A DNA stretch of 64,000 bases, taken from the NCBI GenBank assembly GCA_963797555.1, contig CAWCPV010000007.1, positions 544,001 to 608,000 on the forward strand, written 5' to 3'. The notes under the pieces were generated by a model. The model was not told the DNA's origin. It did no database searches and was given only the letters and a program-made list of their open reading frames with translations. The translations under genes and the position numbers were made by a program. This document shows positions 1-11,799 of this stretch, one piece after another (positions within the stretch are counted from its first letter, which is position 1; each line of letters begins with the position of its first letter). Origin of the DNA: an uncultured Gammaproteobacteria bacterium. GTDB lineage: Bacteria; Pseudomonadota; Gammaproteobacteria; CAWCPV01.

Positions 1-3000
1 TGCGCGTCGGCTTCCGACACCAGACCCTATTCGAATTCGTGCGCGCTCGCAGTTTTCTCGAGGAGTCGGGTCGGCTTACCAATGCCGTCGTCGCCCGGCA
101 AACCAGCCTGCGCGTTCGTCCGCAACTGTGGCATGCCCTGGGCTATCTGCGCGCAGCCGATCGCAGCACGTATCTTGGGGAGATCGAACTCCTTTGGCAC
201 GCCGATCTGCGTGCCCATTTGCGCGCGCTCGTCATCGAGTTCCTGGGGCGGATGCACGATCCCGAGCAGCGCGAAGCTCATCTGCTACTCGCGAGCTTCG
301 ATGACCCTTGGCACAGGCGTCGGATCTTGTCCGCCGTTGTCGGTAGCCCCGGCTGGTTTCGGTTGCTGATGCCCGGTCACTTGCCGATGCTGATGTCCGG
401 AACTGCTGAGGAAGCGTCGCAGGCACTCCCAGTTCTGCAAGCGGCTCTCGTCTTCGCCCGCGACGATGTACTTGAGCTGGCGGATTCCCATTGGATGGCT
501 CACATGGAACGGGACGTGGTGATATGGCGCCTGCTGGAAGAGGTACCGCAGTGGGACAATGCGGTGGTGGACCGGTTCTGCCGCGTTCTCGGCCGGACGG
601 AGATCGCCGCGTGGGCCGTGAACGCACTCGCGAGCAAGGTGAGCGCGGCACTGCCCAACGAGGCGCCTCGACTTGTCGCCGCATGGCTGCATCGCCAGCT
701 CAGATCTATTGCGACCAATGCCTCTGCCACAACATCAAACCGCGATGCCGACCCCACCGAGACCGCGGCGGGAGATATCAGCCAGATGGACCCGCACGCG
801 GGCTACCGCAAACTAGTCGGCGAGCAGCGACTGCACGACCTGCCCGCGGTCGCCGAGGCTGCCCCGTGGTCGTTCCTCAATGCTGTCTGGCCATGGTTCC
901 TCACGGTGCTGCAGCAAGCGGCCGAAGAACCGCACCCGTTCGTTATCGGGTACCGCGACGACCACGGTTTGGTTACGGACTGGGAGAACGACGCAGACCT
1001 CGAGCGCGAGCACCCACTTCTCAAAGCGCTGGAGATCGCAGTGGACGGAGTCGCGGCGCGAGAACCCCGCGCCTTCCTCGAGTTCGTCGAGACCCATCGC
1101 CGGCACGACTTGCTTATGCTTCTGGTACAGCGCCTGCTGGCCCGCGGAATGTTGCAGCTCGTCGATGCGTGGCCTAACGAGGTGCTTGAGTTTCTCACCG
1201 AGGATCCGCGGCGGTTTGCGCTGGAACCGTCGGCCAATGAGCACGCCGATTCACAGCGGTTGATAAGGGCCGTCGTTCCTCGCCTGGACGCGAGCGGCCG
1301 CCGGCGGCTGGAAGAGGCCCTTATTCGTTGGAGCCACTATACTCGTCATCCGGAGGACGAACCCGACGTTCGTTTACGCCGCCTGCGATGGAGCCGCGAG
1401 CACCGGCTCCGGCTGCTGCGCGCATTCCCGAGGGAGTACATGAGCGAGGATTGCCGCCAACTCCTCGATGCGGAAACGCGGGCTTTCCCCGACTTGAGTG
1501 ACCGAGATACGTGGTTTTCCGGCGTACGCGTGGTCGGTAGCCCAATGAGTCCAGAGCAGATGGCAAATGCAAAGGACGAGCACATTCTGAATCTCTTCGA
1601 AGAGCTTACCGATGACCATGGCTGGGACCACCCACAAAGCTGGGGCCGGGGTGGTCCGATACAGGCGGGGCGAGCTGGCATCGAAAGACCCGGAGCGAGG
1701 CGTCCGGATTGCTCGACTGCTACGACCAGTCCGAAACGAGTATCCGGTAAGCCAAGTGTTGGAAGGCTTGGTGAAGGGCGGCTACGCTCCCGAATCACTC
1801 TACACTTTGATCTTAGAACTTAGCCAGCGTGGATTCACAGGCGATGCATTCAGGCACGCCGCGGCTCGCGCCATAGCAACGGTCGTCTCCAGCGCACAAC
1901 CGTTGCCCGACGAGGTATTCCAACTGCTTGAGGGTTGGTTGGTCCCTGCGGATCGGATTTCTCGAGAGCGCTCGGAGGATCGGGATGATGTGAGAGAGAG
2001 GACAGCATTCTTTGGGGATATGCACGGATGCGGGTCCTGCCGCACGGAAACTATCCGATCCTGCAGGCGCTCTCGGAGGCTTGCCTCGTTGCCCAACCCA
2101 CTCAAGCGGTCCGTTGGCGCACTTTGTTGGAACGGCATCTGGGGCACGACGAAGATATTGAAGTGTGGGCGGCTATGGGGACCTATCTACAGTGGCTGCA
2201 TTTCGCGGACCGTAACCGAGCCGAAGATTTCATGCAGCGCCTGTGGGGCCGCTATCCTGAGCTTCTCGAACGAGTCGAGGGTATCCATCTCTTAGCCCAT
2301 GCACAGCACTGGGTGGGAGCAGAGCGGCTACGCCTGGCTAGAGACCACGCGCGGCAGGGGATCTCGCCTTGCCTGTCAGGGCTACGGTGAAGTCGCCATG
2401 CTGCGGCACGGCTTGTTCCCGCGCGAACAGTGGGCAACGGAGCGGGTCCGATCCATCGTGTACGGTGCGGCCTCCGATACATGCGTTCGAGCGGCTCGCG
2501 TCGGGGTGGCGCATAGTGCTGCCGCGCTGTGGAAGGAGGCTGAGTACCGTCCAGTGGCTCACCCGACCGTGGTCGCGCTGATCGCCGACAAGGATCCTGG
2601 CGTACTCAAAGCGCTAAGGGCCATATTTCGGGTCAAGGCCCTATTCCCAGACGACATGACTCGCGAGCTTTTGGATGCCATCTCCGCCAACCCGGCCATT
2701 CTTGGTCAGAACGACACAGAATTTCTGCTCGGACACCTCGAAGGACTAGTTGTAGGGGAGCCCGAGCGCGTCCACCGCGTGTGCCTCGCACTGCTCGACC
2801 GTTTCGGCGAACAGTTCGCCAGTCCCCATTCCCGGGCGTATCTCGATGGGGATATCTTGATTTCGATCGCCCTACGACTGCTAGAGCTGGGGCCATCGCA
2901 GCAGGAGCACGGCACCGAGCTATTCGAGCGGATGATGGAGCTCAACTTGCCGGGGATTACCGGAGTGCTGGTCGACCTCGACAAGCGGATGCCCAATACA

Positions 3001-3069
3001 CCGGCTTATGGACGCAATAGACCTCGGAGGCGCAGGAGACGGCAGGCAGACCGCGCTGACAACGGATAG
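1..3069 (+). CDS. C-terminal part of a large Avs4-like (AVAST/STAND NTPase) protein; 5' end outside window; frameshifted near 1665, 2020 and 2325
   Basis: Frame 3 starts RVGFRHQTLFEFVRARSF...QTSLRVRPQLWHALGYLR, resembling the post-NTPase F.HQT..(D/E)...AR.F...Q.LF.R...L.YLR segment of Avs4-type proteins. A long helical region continues through ORFs 39-1823, 1612-2295, 2028-2390 and 2299-3069. Confidence 0.6.
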
Positions 3070-3210
3070 CCCCTGAACCGAAAAATCCGTGCCTTCCTAT
3101 CCTGTGCTTAATACGCCGTGCAGCCACAATTGCCCCGATCGTCGGGCCACGAGTGCATACCGATGGGGGTGCCTAGCGTGACCGCGGTCATCGTGCCAGG
3201 CTGAACGCAT

Positions 3211-3624
3211 TTACCGTCGATATCCAACGCCCCAGACGCGCAACAGGGCCTGGCAGCCCGCATCAAAGGTGTCTGTGAAGTCCACGTGCTCGAAGCTCGA
3301 AAGCGTCCAAGAGAGCTGCTCGAAATCGCAGTCCTGGTGCAAGACGGGCACGATGCGCTCGTCGAAGCGCTCGTGCTGCAGCGCGTAAAGCAGCTCCCGC
3401 TTTACCCACCGGGACGCTACCGCGGCCGGGGACAACACCAGGACGAACCAATCACAACGCCGCAGGGCGGCGCCGATCTCGTCGTGCCATTGCCGGGCGC
3501 CCAGGATCGCCCGCCGACTGTACCACACCGGTAGCCCGTGCCTGACAAGCATGCCCGCCAAGCGCTCGGCGAACGCATGGTCCTGGTCGGAGTGGGACAG
3601 GAATAGTTCCTGGGGTGGTGCCAC
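3211..3624 (-). CDS. stand-alone TIR domain protein (TIR_2-like)
   Basis: LFLSHSDQD...VW...GARQWHDEIGAALRRCDWFVLVLSP...SRWVKRELLYAL...IVPVL; the putative catalytic Glu in WVKRE is present. Confidence 0.9.
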   Translation of the reverse strand: MAPPQELFLSHSDQDHAFAERLAGMLVRHGLPVWYSRRAILGARQWHDEIGAALRRCDWFVLVLSPAAVASRWVKRELLYALQHERFDERIVPVLHQDCDFEQLSWTLSSFEHVDFTDTFDAGCQALLRVWGVGYRR

Positions 3625-3645
3625 GGAAGCGCGTGAACAGGCTTA

Positions 3646-4050
3646 TCAGGCGGCTTCCGTGAGCAGGCTTGCGACGCGACGCAGACCTTCCCGGTCATCC
3701 CGGCCAAGTCTCACCGTTTGAAGACGTTTCAGGATCCAGGGTAGCTCCTCGTCCGGGACCTCTTGGGGCGTTCCTACGATGATGGGGACGAGTCGGCCCT
3801 TGAAAGTCTTCTCACCCAGGGCATACTCCAGCTCCGCCCGTACGAAACGCGAACGGACCCCCGCGGGCGTGAACAGGACCACCATGGCGTCCGAGTTCTG
3901 GAGCGCCTGCCCCGCCTCCAGCGCCAGGTTGTCTCCAGGCAGCACATCCCGCTCGGCGTCCCACACCTCGAGACCGGCTTCCTGCAGCGCGTCGCCCACA
4001 CGGCGCGCCAGATCCACGTCTTCGTGCGCGTGACTTAGGAAGACTTTCAT
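3646..4050 (-). CDS. stand-alone TIR domain protein (TIR_2-like)
   Basis: MKVFLSHAHED...GLEVWD...LPGDN...SDAMVVLFTP...SRFVRAELEYAL...LVPIIV; the putative catalytic Glu in FVRAE is present. Confidence 0.9.
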   Translation of the reverse strand: MKVFLSHAHEDVDLARRVGDALQEAGLEVWDAERDVLPGDNLALEAGQALQNSDAMVVLFTPAGVRSRFVRAELEYALGEKTFKGRLVPIIVGTPQEVPDEELPWILKRLQTVRLGRDDREGLRRVASLLTEAA

Positions 4051-4344
4051 GGAAAGAGCCTACTCGAACCCCAAATGGACTACAACCACCGTAGCAGGGC
4101 CCCACCGGCGCTGTTTTGGGTCCGTGCTGGCAGGCGCTGCTATCAAGGCTTCAGACCCCAGGCGAGAACTATCGGCAGCGTCGATCCGAATGAGCCGAAG
4201 CCCGAAGATCGCGTTGGCGGGTGCCCAACCGGGGCTGGCTGCCCTCCGGCCCAGAGCCGCATGAATACGTCTCTCCCATGGACCTGGGCCGATAAGGGCC
4301 TCGACCCCAGGAGATCTTCCTCCGGCAAGCGCTCTAGCCTCGCG

Positions 4345-4773
4345 TCACTGCCCCTCCAGAACCAGCCGGAGCGCTTCCTCCTTGATGCGTTCCTCGTTGA
4401 CCCTCTCGGCAAGCTCCAAGTCGCTGTACCGGCCGCCGAAGGCATCGAGAGAAGCCTGCCGCAGCGAAGAGGGGTAGATCTCCTCGATGCTCTGCCGCAG
4501 ATCATCGACACCGAGATAAGACCCCCCGGCCCTCCTGCGCCGGTTGACGCGCAGCACCCCGTCGACGGCGTTCTTGATGGAGACCTCCCAAGACCGTGTG
4601 GAGCGTTCCTCGGCGTGCTGTTTGACGAGGTGGACGAGGAGGATGTGCAGGAAGGCTTCGACCTTGTTTATCTTGTCGTCCCGGCTCATCTCCTCCATTT
4701 CCCCCAGAAGGGCAAGGGCCTCGGCATAACGGCCCTGTTCGATGTGCGCACGCAGCTCCAGAAGCTCTTCCAT
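4345..4773 (-). CDS. DUF29 family protein
   Basis: MEELLELRAHIEQGRY...EEMSRDDKINK...LLVHLVKQHAEERSTRSWEVSIKNA; ATG at 4773 with GAGGA upstream. Confidence 0.8.
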   Translation of the reverse strand: MEELLELRAHIEQGRYAEALALLGEMEEMSRDDKINKVEAFLHILLVHLVKQHAEERSTRSWEVSIKNAVDGVLRVNRRRRAGGSYLGVDDLRQSIEEIYPSSLRQASLDAFGGRYSDLELAERVNEERIKEEALRLVLEGQ

Positions 4774-5151
4774 TAGGCTGTCCTCGATTTCGTTCCCGGC
4801 GCGGAGAACCCTGTGGCCGCCCTCGACCGGCCATCGCTCCTCGCCCACCTCATGATACCGTGACTCTCCCGAGCCCAGGTGCGCTGGGCGCACTGCGTCT
4901 GGCCCGCGTACCTGCGCGAACCGGTGGAGCCGCGCCACCGCCTGTAGCCGCAGCTCGCGCTGGGCTTGCGCCGCTTTCACTTCGCCAGTCGAACCAAATC
5001 CTGAGGGTCCGATATTCCAGCGCCATTCTCCTCCGTGCCGGCGCCGAGCGAGGGGCGGCACGGACTTCTACGCAATGCAGGGCCAGGCCCGCGGCGCGCG
5101 CCGACTCACGGGCTCGCTTGCCCACGCGGGGCGGCTTGTGCGCCCAGGAAG

Positions 5152-7806
5152 TCAACGTCCGGGGCGGCTGGGCGCGCCACCGCGCTTGGCGAGCAGTCTC
5201 TTCAGCCGGCCCTGCGCGAGGAACAGCCGGTCGAACACGTGCAGGTGCAGGCGGGCGAGGGCGGCGCCGATCACCGCCATGCCCAGCCCGATCAGAAACT
5301 GCTGGACCGTCTTGCGGTAGTTCACGAGCTTCGAGACGATGCCGAGCCCCGCCAATGCGAGCACGGTGGTGCCTACCACCATCGCCGCGCCTCCCAGTGT
5401 CAGGCGCAAGATCTCACGGGTCCACCAACCGTAGAGGGCATAGCCCAGCAGCACCAGAAGCAGCAGGGCGAGCGCGCCGGCGGCGATCTGAAGCCGCCGG
5501 GACAGCAGCCAGATTTTGAAGAAGAGCTTATCGGCGACTTTGAGCTGGCGGACAAGCAGATTGCCGGGCGTCGGGTCTTTGAGCAAGGGCTCGCTCACAA
5601 GAAACTTCCACTCCTCGCGAGGCGGCTGCTTCACCTCGAAGCCCAGGATGGGCTCCTTGAGTGCGTGCTCGGTCATCAGATAACCGCTGGTCATGAGTGC
5701 ATACGCCTCTGCTTCCGAGAAGGAGTCGAGGTCGGTGCGGATGGCGGCCAGCCGACGCTGGACGTGCTTCTGCACTCCGTATTCGGTGAGTGGGTTGGCG
5801 CGTTGCGGCTCGGACGGGTCCTGCGAGCCGATCCAGTCCACGGGCGTGGTCTCCAGGCCCTTCTTTAGGTGCACGAACATCAGCCCCTTCAGCAGCCCGC
5901 CGCGCCGCCGCCCCTCCAAGTCCTGGAACTGGCTCACGCGGACGCGCGCCTGCAGGATGCTGTTCGAGCGGAGCGGCACCCCCAGCAGCCCGTTGCTCGG
6001 GAAGTCCTGCGCATCCATCTGCCCGCTGGCGTCGCTCACCAGCAATACCGAGCAGCCTTGCTCCAGCAGCGCCGCTACACCCTGATTGTCGTGCACTCCG
6101 CCATCGACCAGTCTCACCACCGGCTGAACCTTCCGATCCCCCTCCTCGGGCATGTACTCGTAGAGATTCGCCAGGGGCAGCGGCTCGAAGATGCCCGGCA
6201 CGCAGGACGAGGCCGCGACGGCGTAACCCAGGCGCACGCGCTGGTGGGGCTCGGGCGCCTGCTCGTAGTACATGCGCCTCAGGCGGTAGTTGGCATCGAC
6301 CTCGGAGTCGATGCCGGCGGGCGGCTCGCCCATCCAGGTCGCGGTGAACTGCCAGTTGTGGCCGGTGTTGAGCGAGGTGGCGTTGAGCATCAGGATGGGC
6401 ACCTTCGCCGAGCGGCGCCAGTTGCCATCCTTGGGTACGAAGCCCTCGGGCTCGCCTTTCGGGAAGACCTTGAGCTCGTTGAGCCACCGCTCGCGGCCGC
6501 CCTCGCCGTCCTCGACCTTGGAGAAGATCTCGGTCTCGTACAGCTCTCCGGCGCGCTTGGTGCGAGAGTAGTCGCGCACGAACATCATCTTGATGTTGGT
6601 GAGCCACTCGGCGGCGATGCGGGTGCGGATGTTGCGCTCCACGCCTGCCAAAAACCGTTCGGTGGTGCGCTGCACGATGGCGATATAGTCGTCGCGCGTG
6701 ATCGCCGAGTCGGCCTTGTCCTGCAGCAGCTTACGCACCTCCAGGTAGAAGTGGGCCCCGATGATGGAGCCGCCGGAGACGCAGGAGAGGTATTCGACGT
6801 GGCGCAGCAGATCCAGCTCGGCGAGCTTGGCGAGCACCCCGATATGGTACAGAGAGGCCCGGAAGCCGCCGCCCGAGAGCGCGAGCCCCACCTTGCCGCG
6901 AATCACCGAGGCGACGGCGGCAAAGCTGTCCCCGAGGAACTTGCGCAGCGCCTCCTGTCCCCGCGTATCGACCGGCTCGCTGCGGCGGGCCGCTCCGTCT
7001 TGCTTCAAGCGCAGCAGGGTAGCGAGCTGCCGCGCGGTGCTCTCCCGCTCCCAGTCCGCCACTCCCTCCAGCGCATTCGCCCGCGTCAGCCATTCCTCGG
7101 CCTTCTCGTAGTCATCGAGACCGAAGTACGCCTCGCCGAGCGTGACCAGGAACCACCAGGTCTCGTTGAGCCATGCCTCTTGCGCGGGCAAGTCCGGCAG
7201 GGCTGCCACGATGGCCTCGCGGATGGCGCGCGCCTGCGCCCGCCGCAGCGCGGCCGTGCTCTCGGAGGCGCCCGAAAGTTCGGCGGCGAGCTGAGCCTCC
7301 GGGCTCTCCAGGTCGGCCAGCAGGTCGAGCACGAAGGCGGCGTTGATCCCCGTGTAGCCGTAGTCGGAAACGACGCCCTGCTGGTAGCCCCGGAGGTAGT
7401 AGGCGAGCGAGGTCTCGAGCTGGCGCTCCTGCGCAGTCAGCTCCCACATCCGCTTGTGGATGGCACCCGCGAGCCCGAGTGTCTCCTGGTTCACCGTCTT
7501 GCCGAGGTCGTCCGCCTCGCGCAGGATGCGCAGCGCCCGCTCGAGCTTCTCGTCGGCTTGCAGGTCCGGGTCCTTGTAGGTCGAGAGAGCGCGTTTCTGC
7601 GCGAACACGAGACGCTGGTCGGGACTGCCGGCGACGCGGACATCCGCGCTGTAGCGGTCGAGGAGCTTGCGGGCAGGCCCGAATACGCGATCCCGGTGCA
7701 GGCACTTGACGAGGTCCAACACTTCGTCGGGCGTCGCCGACGCGCCGCTCAGGATGCCGTTGACCCTCTCTTTGCACCGCTCCAATGAGGCGGACTGATC
7801 TGCCAT
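5152..7806 (-). CDS. patatin-like phospholipase with N-terminal TPR-S/DUF4071-like domain and about 3 C-terminal TM helices
   Basis: Oxyanion motif LSGGGFRA, nucleophile CVSGGS and DGG (LVDGGVHDNQG). N-terminal ETLGLAGAIHKRMW...Y.RGY...YTGINAA is typical of TPR-S/DUF4071. Hydrophobic helices lie at the C-terminus. Confidence 0.88.
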   Translation of the reverse strand: MADQSASLERCKERVNGILSGASATPDEVLDLVKCLHRDRVFGPARKLLDRYSADVRVAGSPDQRLVFAQKRALSTYKDPDLQADEKLERALRILREADDLGKTVNQETLGLAGAIHKRMWELTAQERQLETSLAYYLRGYQQGVVSDYGYTGINAAFVLDLLADLESPEAQLAAELSGASESTAALRRAQARAIREAIVAALPDLPAQEAWLNETWWFLVTLGEAYFGLDDYEKAEEWLTRANALEGVADWERESTARQLATLLRLKQDGAARRSEPVDTRGQEALRKFLGDSFAAVASVIRGKVGLALSGGGFRASLYHIGVLAKLAELDLLRHVEYLSCVSGGSIIGAHFYLEVRKLLQDKADSAITRDDYIAIVQRTTERFLAGVERNIRTRIAAEWLTNIKMMFVRDYSRTKRAGELYETEIFSKVEDGEGGRERWLNELKVFPKGEPEGFVPKDGNWRRSAKVPILMLNATSLNTGHNWQFTATWMGEPPAGIDSEVDANYRLRRMYYEQAPEPHQRVRLGYAVAASSCVPGIFEPLPLANLYEYMPEEGDRKVQPVVRLVDGGVHDNQGVAALLEQGCSVLLVSDASGQMDAQDFPSNGLLGVPLRSNSILQARVRVSQFQDLEGRRRGGLLKGLMFVHLKKGLETTPVDWIGSQDPSEPQRANPLTEYGVQKHVQRRLAAIRTDLDSFSEAEAYALMTSGYLMTEHALKEPILGFEVKQPPREEWKFLVSEPLLKDPTPGNLLVRQLKVADKLFFKIWLLSRRLQIAAGALALLLLVLLGYALYGWWTREILRLTLGGAAMVVGTTVLALAGLGIVSKLVNYRKTVQQFLIGLGMAVIGAALARLHLHVFDRLFLAQGRLKRLLAKRGGAPSRPGR

Positions 7807-8076
7807 CGTTCTTCCTCCCTATATTTCAAGTGGTTCGTAGAGGCGCCGGCCCGAACCCTCCCGCCGCACTTCTCAGGACCCCATCTCGACATAGAGTCGT
7901 CGGGCCATCAAACCCCGGGCCGAACGGCCGGACCGCTGTGAAAGCCGGTCCAGACAGATGCTTACCCGCCCCGTGGTATCAGAACGCCAAGTACACATGA
8001 TGCACCACCGTGCGGGGGCCAACTATTTCGGCGCAACACATCGGCCAGGCCGCTTCGGCTGAAGCACTCGCCGCCT

Positions 8077-8745
8077 TCATGACCGCTCCTTGGCCTGCTG
8101 CACCGCCCAGCGGTATACCTGGTCGAATTTGGTCTCTCCATGCGCGGGCGGGGCCAGCAACGGGCGGAACTTGGGATCGTAGAGGAAGTATTGCCCCTCG
8201 GACGGAAACAGCGTTGGGGCGTGGGGCCGGGGCTTGGACGTTGAGCCCGCCCACATCGAGTTGCCACAGGAACCGCGCGGCGTCCATGAGGGCCAGCCAG
8301 ACGGGGGAGGCGTCGTTGCGCTGGAGAAGCAACGAAAGCAGGCGGATATCCCACAGCCCCACGGTTCTGTCTAAAGACCCCGAGGAGAGCGTGAGCCCAT
8401 CGGGGCTGAAGGCGACGCTGCTCACGCCAGCGCCGAGGTCCAGGGCCGGAGAGGCCCAGCGCTGGTCGAAGGCGGAGCCTGCCACCGCCGGATCAAGGAA
8501 CTTGCCCACCGTTGCCAGCTCAAGCGCGGGGCAGACCCGGTGCGATGCGCTGGTCCAGCTCTGCCGCGGCATACAACCAGGCGCGCCAGTGGGCCATGGT
8601 GTCATGGGCGATGCTCGCCTCGTTCAGTGCGTTCAGGGCCTTTTCCTCGTACGCTTTGGCAAGGTTGAAGTTGGCGGCGAACGCTCGCGGGCTGGAGTCG
8701 GTTGTCACGGGGACGGCGCTCGAGTGCCTCGGACACGCTGGATTT
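8077..8745 (-). pseudogene. remnant of a WD40-repeat protein (C-terminal part, single repeat)
   Basis: VSSVAFSPDGLTLSSGSLDRTVGLWD is one WD40 repeat. Flanking segments are in shifted frames (ANFNLAKAYEEKA...; ...FRPLLAPPAHGETKFDQVYRWA*). No start codon or N-terminus. Confidence 0.7.
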
Positions 8746-8751
8746 CGATAG

Positions 8752-8779
8752 GCGCGTCTGCCAGCTTCGCCACCCCGGC
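8752..8779 (-). pseudogene. 5' fragment of a tRNA (Leu-type), truncated after the D-arm
   Basis: Minus strand reads GCCGGGGTGGCGAAGCTGGCAGACGCGC, an acceptor 5' strand plus a Leu-type D-arm. No anticodon stem, T-arm or CCA follows. The position divergent from queA matches the tRNA-Leu locus known in Pseudomonas. Confidence 0.65.
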
Positions 8780-8841
8780 GATGGCCGACTCACCCTTGTC
8801 AGGGTATCTCAAGAACGCCGTCAGGCGGTGCGCGCCGCCTC

Positions 8842-8850
8842 TGCTATAGT
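8842..8850 (+). promoter_or_regulatory. extended -10 element of queA
   Basis: TGCTATAGT lies 8 nt upstream of the queA ATG. Confidence 0.45.
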
Positions 8851-8858
8851 ATCCGGCC

Positions 8859-11061
<2,203 letters not shown>

Positions 11062-11442
11062 TCGCGAGGGGGGTTTTGCCAAGAGTGCTTTCGCTCAGAG
11101 TTCGTGAAGAAATCGTCGCGAGCGGCCCCACGCGAGGCGCATGGAGCGCGGCGACGAGGCATATCGAGTCGCCCATCAAGTCATGGTCGAGGAGCGACCG
11201 GTCCTCCATCGTTTGGCCCTCCGCCTCGGCCCCTCATCCTCGCCCGACCGCCAAGTCCACCCCTTGAACCCGGTAGTCATCGACAGACTTTAGGCACCGT
11301 GGAGAGTTCCACGACATGCGCGCGCAATCCGCGCCGCCTGTGGCATAATACGCGGCCATCAGTGGCCGCGCCCTGGTTCGGTGCCGCTGCCACCGAGCGC
11401 GTCAGGCAAACCCGTCAACGACCCGACTAGAAAGGGCACTCC

Positions 11443-11775
11443 ATGAGCTTCTCGATATCCCAGGCGTGGGCGCAAGGCGGCGCCACGACGGCTGCACCCA
11501 ACTATCTGAGCTTCGCGCCGCTCGTCATCATCTTCGTGGTCTTCTACCTGCTCCTGATTCGCCCGCAGATGAAGCGAACCAAAGACCACAAGAAGATGGT
11601 GGAGACCCTCGCGAAGGGCGACGAGGTCGTGACCCAGGGCGGGCTGCTGGGACGCATCGTCGAGGTGGGGGAGAACTTCCTCGTCGTGGAGGTGGCCGAA
11701 GGCGTCCGGGTGAAGGTGCAGAAGCATGCCGTCGCGACCCTGATGCCGAAGGGGACTGTGAAGTCCCCGGACTGA
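11443..11775 (+). CDS. yajC: preprotein translocase subunit YajC
   Basis: FYLLLIRPQ...GDEVVTQGGLLG; synteny with tgt and secD. Confidence 0.96.
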   Translation: MSFSISQAWAQGGATTAAPNYLSFAPLVIIFVVFYLLLIRPQMKRTKDHKKMVETLAKGDEVVTQGGLLGRIVEVGENFLVVEVAEGVRVKVQKHAVATLMPKGTVKSPD

Positions 11776-11799
11776 CGCCCGCCCCGGTCGCAGCTTCCC

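Noticed and set aside
5869-7788. 639-aa plus-strand ORF, and similar long antisense ORFs such as 54743-56161 and 61163-62497
   Set aside because: These are shadow ORFs opposite real genes, expected from high GC3 codon bias, and show no recognisable motifs.
3211-7806. Calling the cluster canonical Thoeris or CBASS
   Set aside because: No ThsA (SIR2-SLOG or TM-macro) or CD-NTase gene is visible in the window.
11100-11215. Minus-strand GDSICLVAALHAPR resembling a RelE/ParE C-terminus between tgt and yajC
   Set aside because: Too short and too weak to call.
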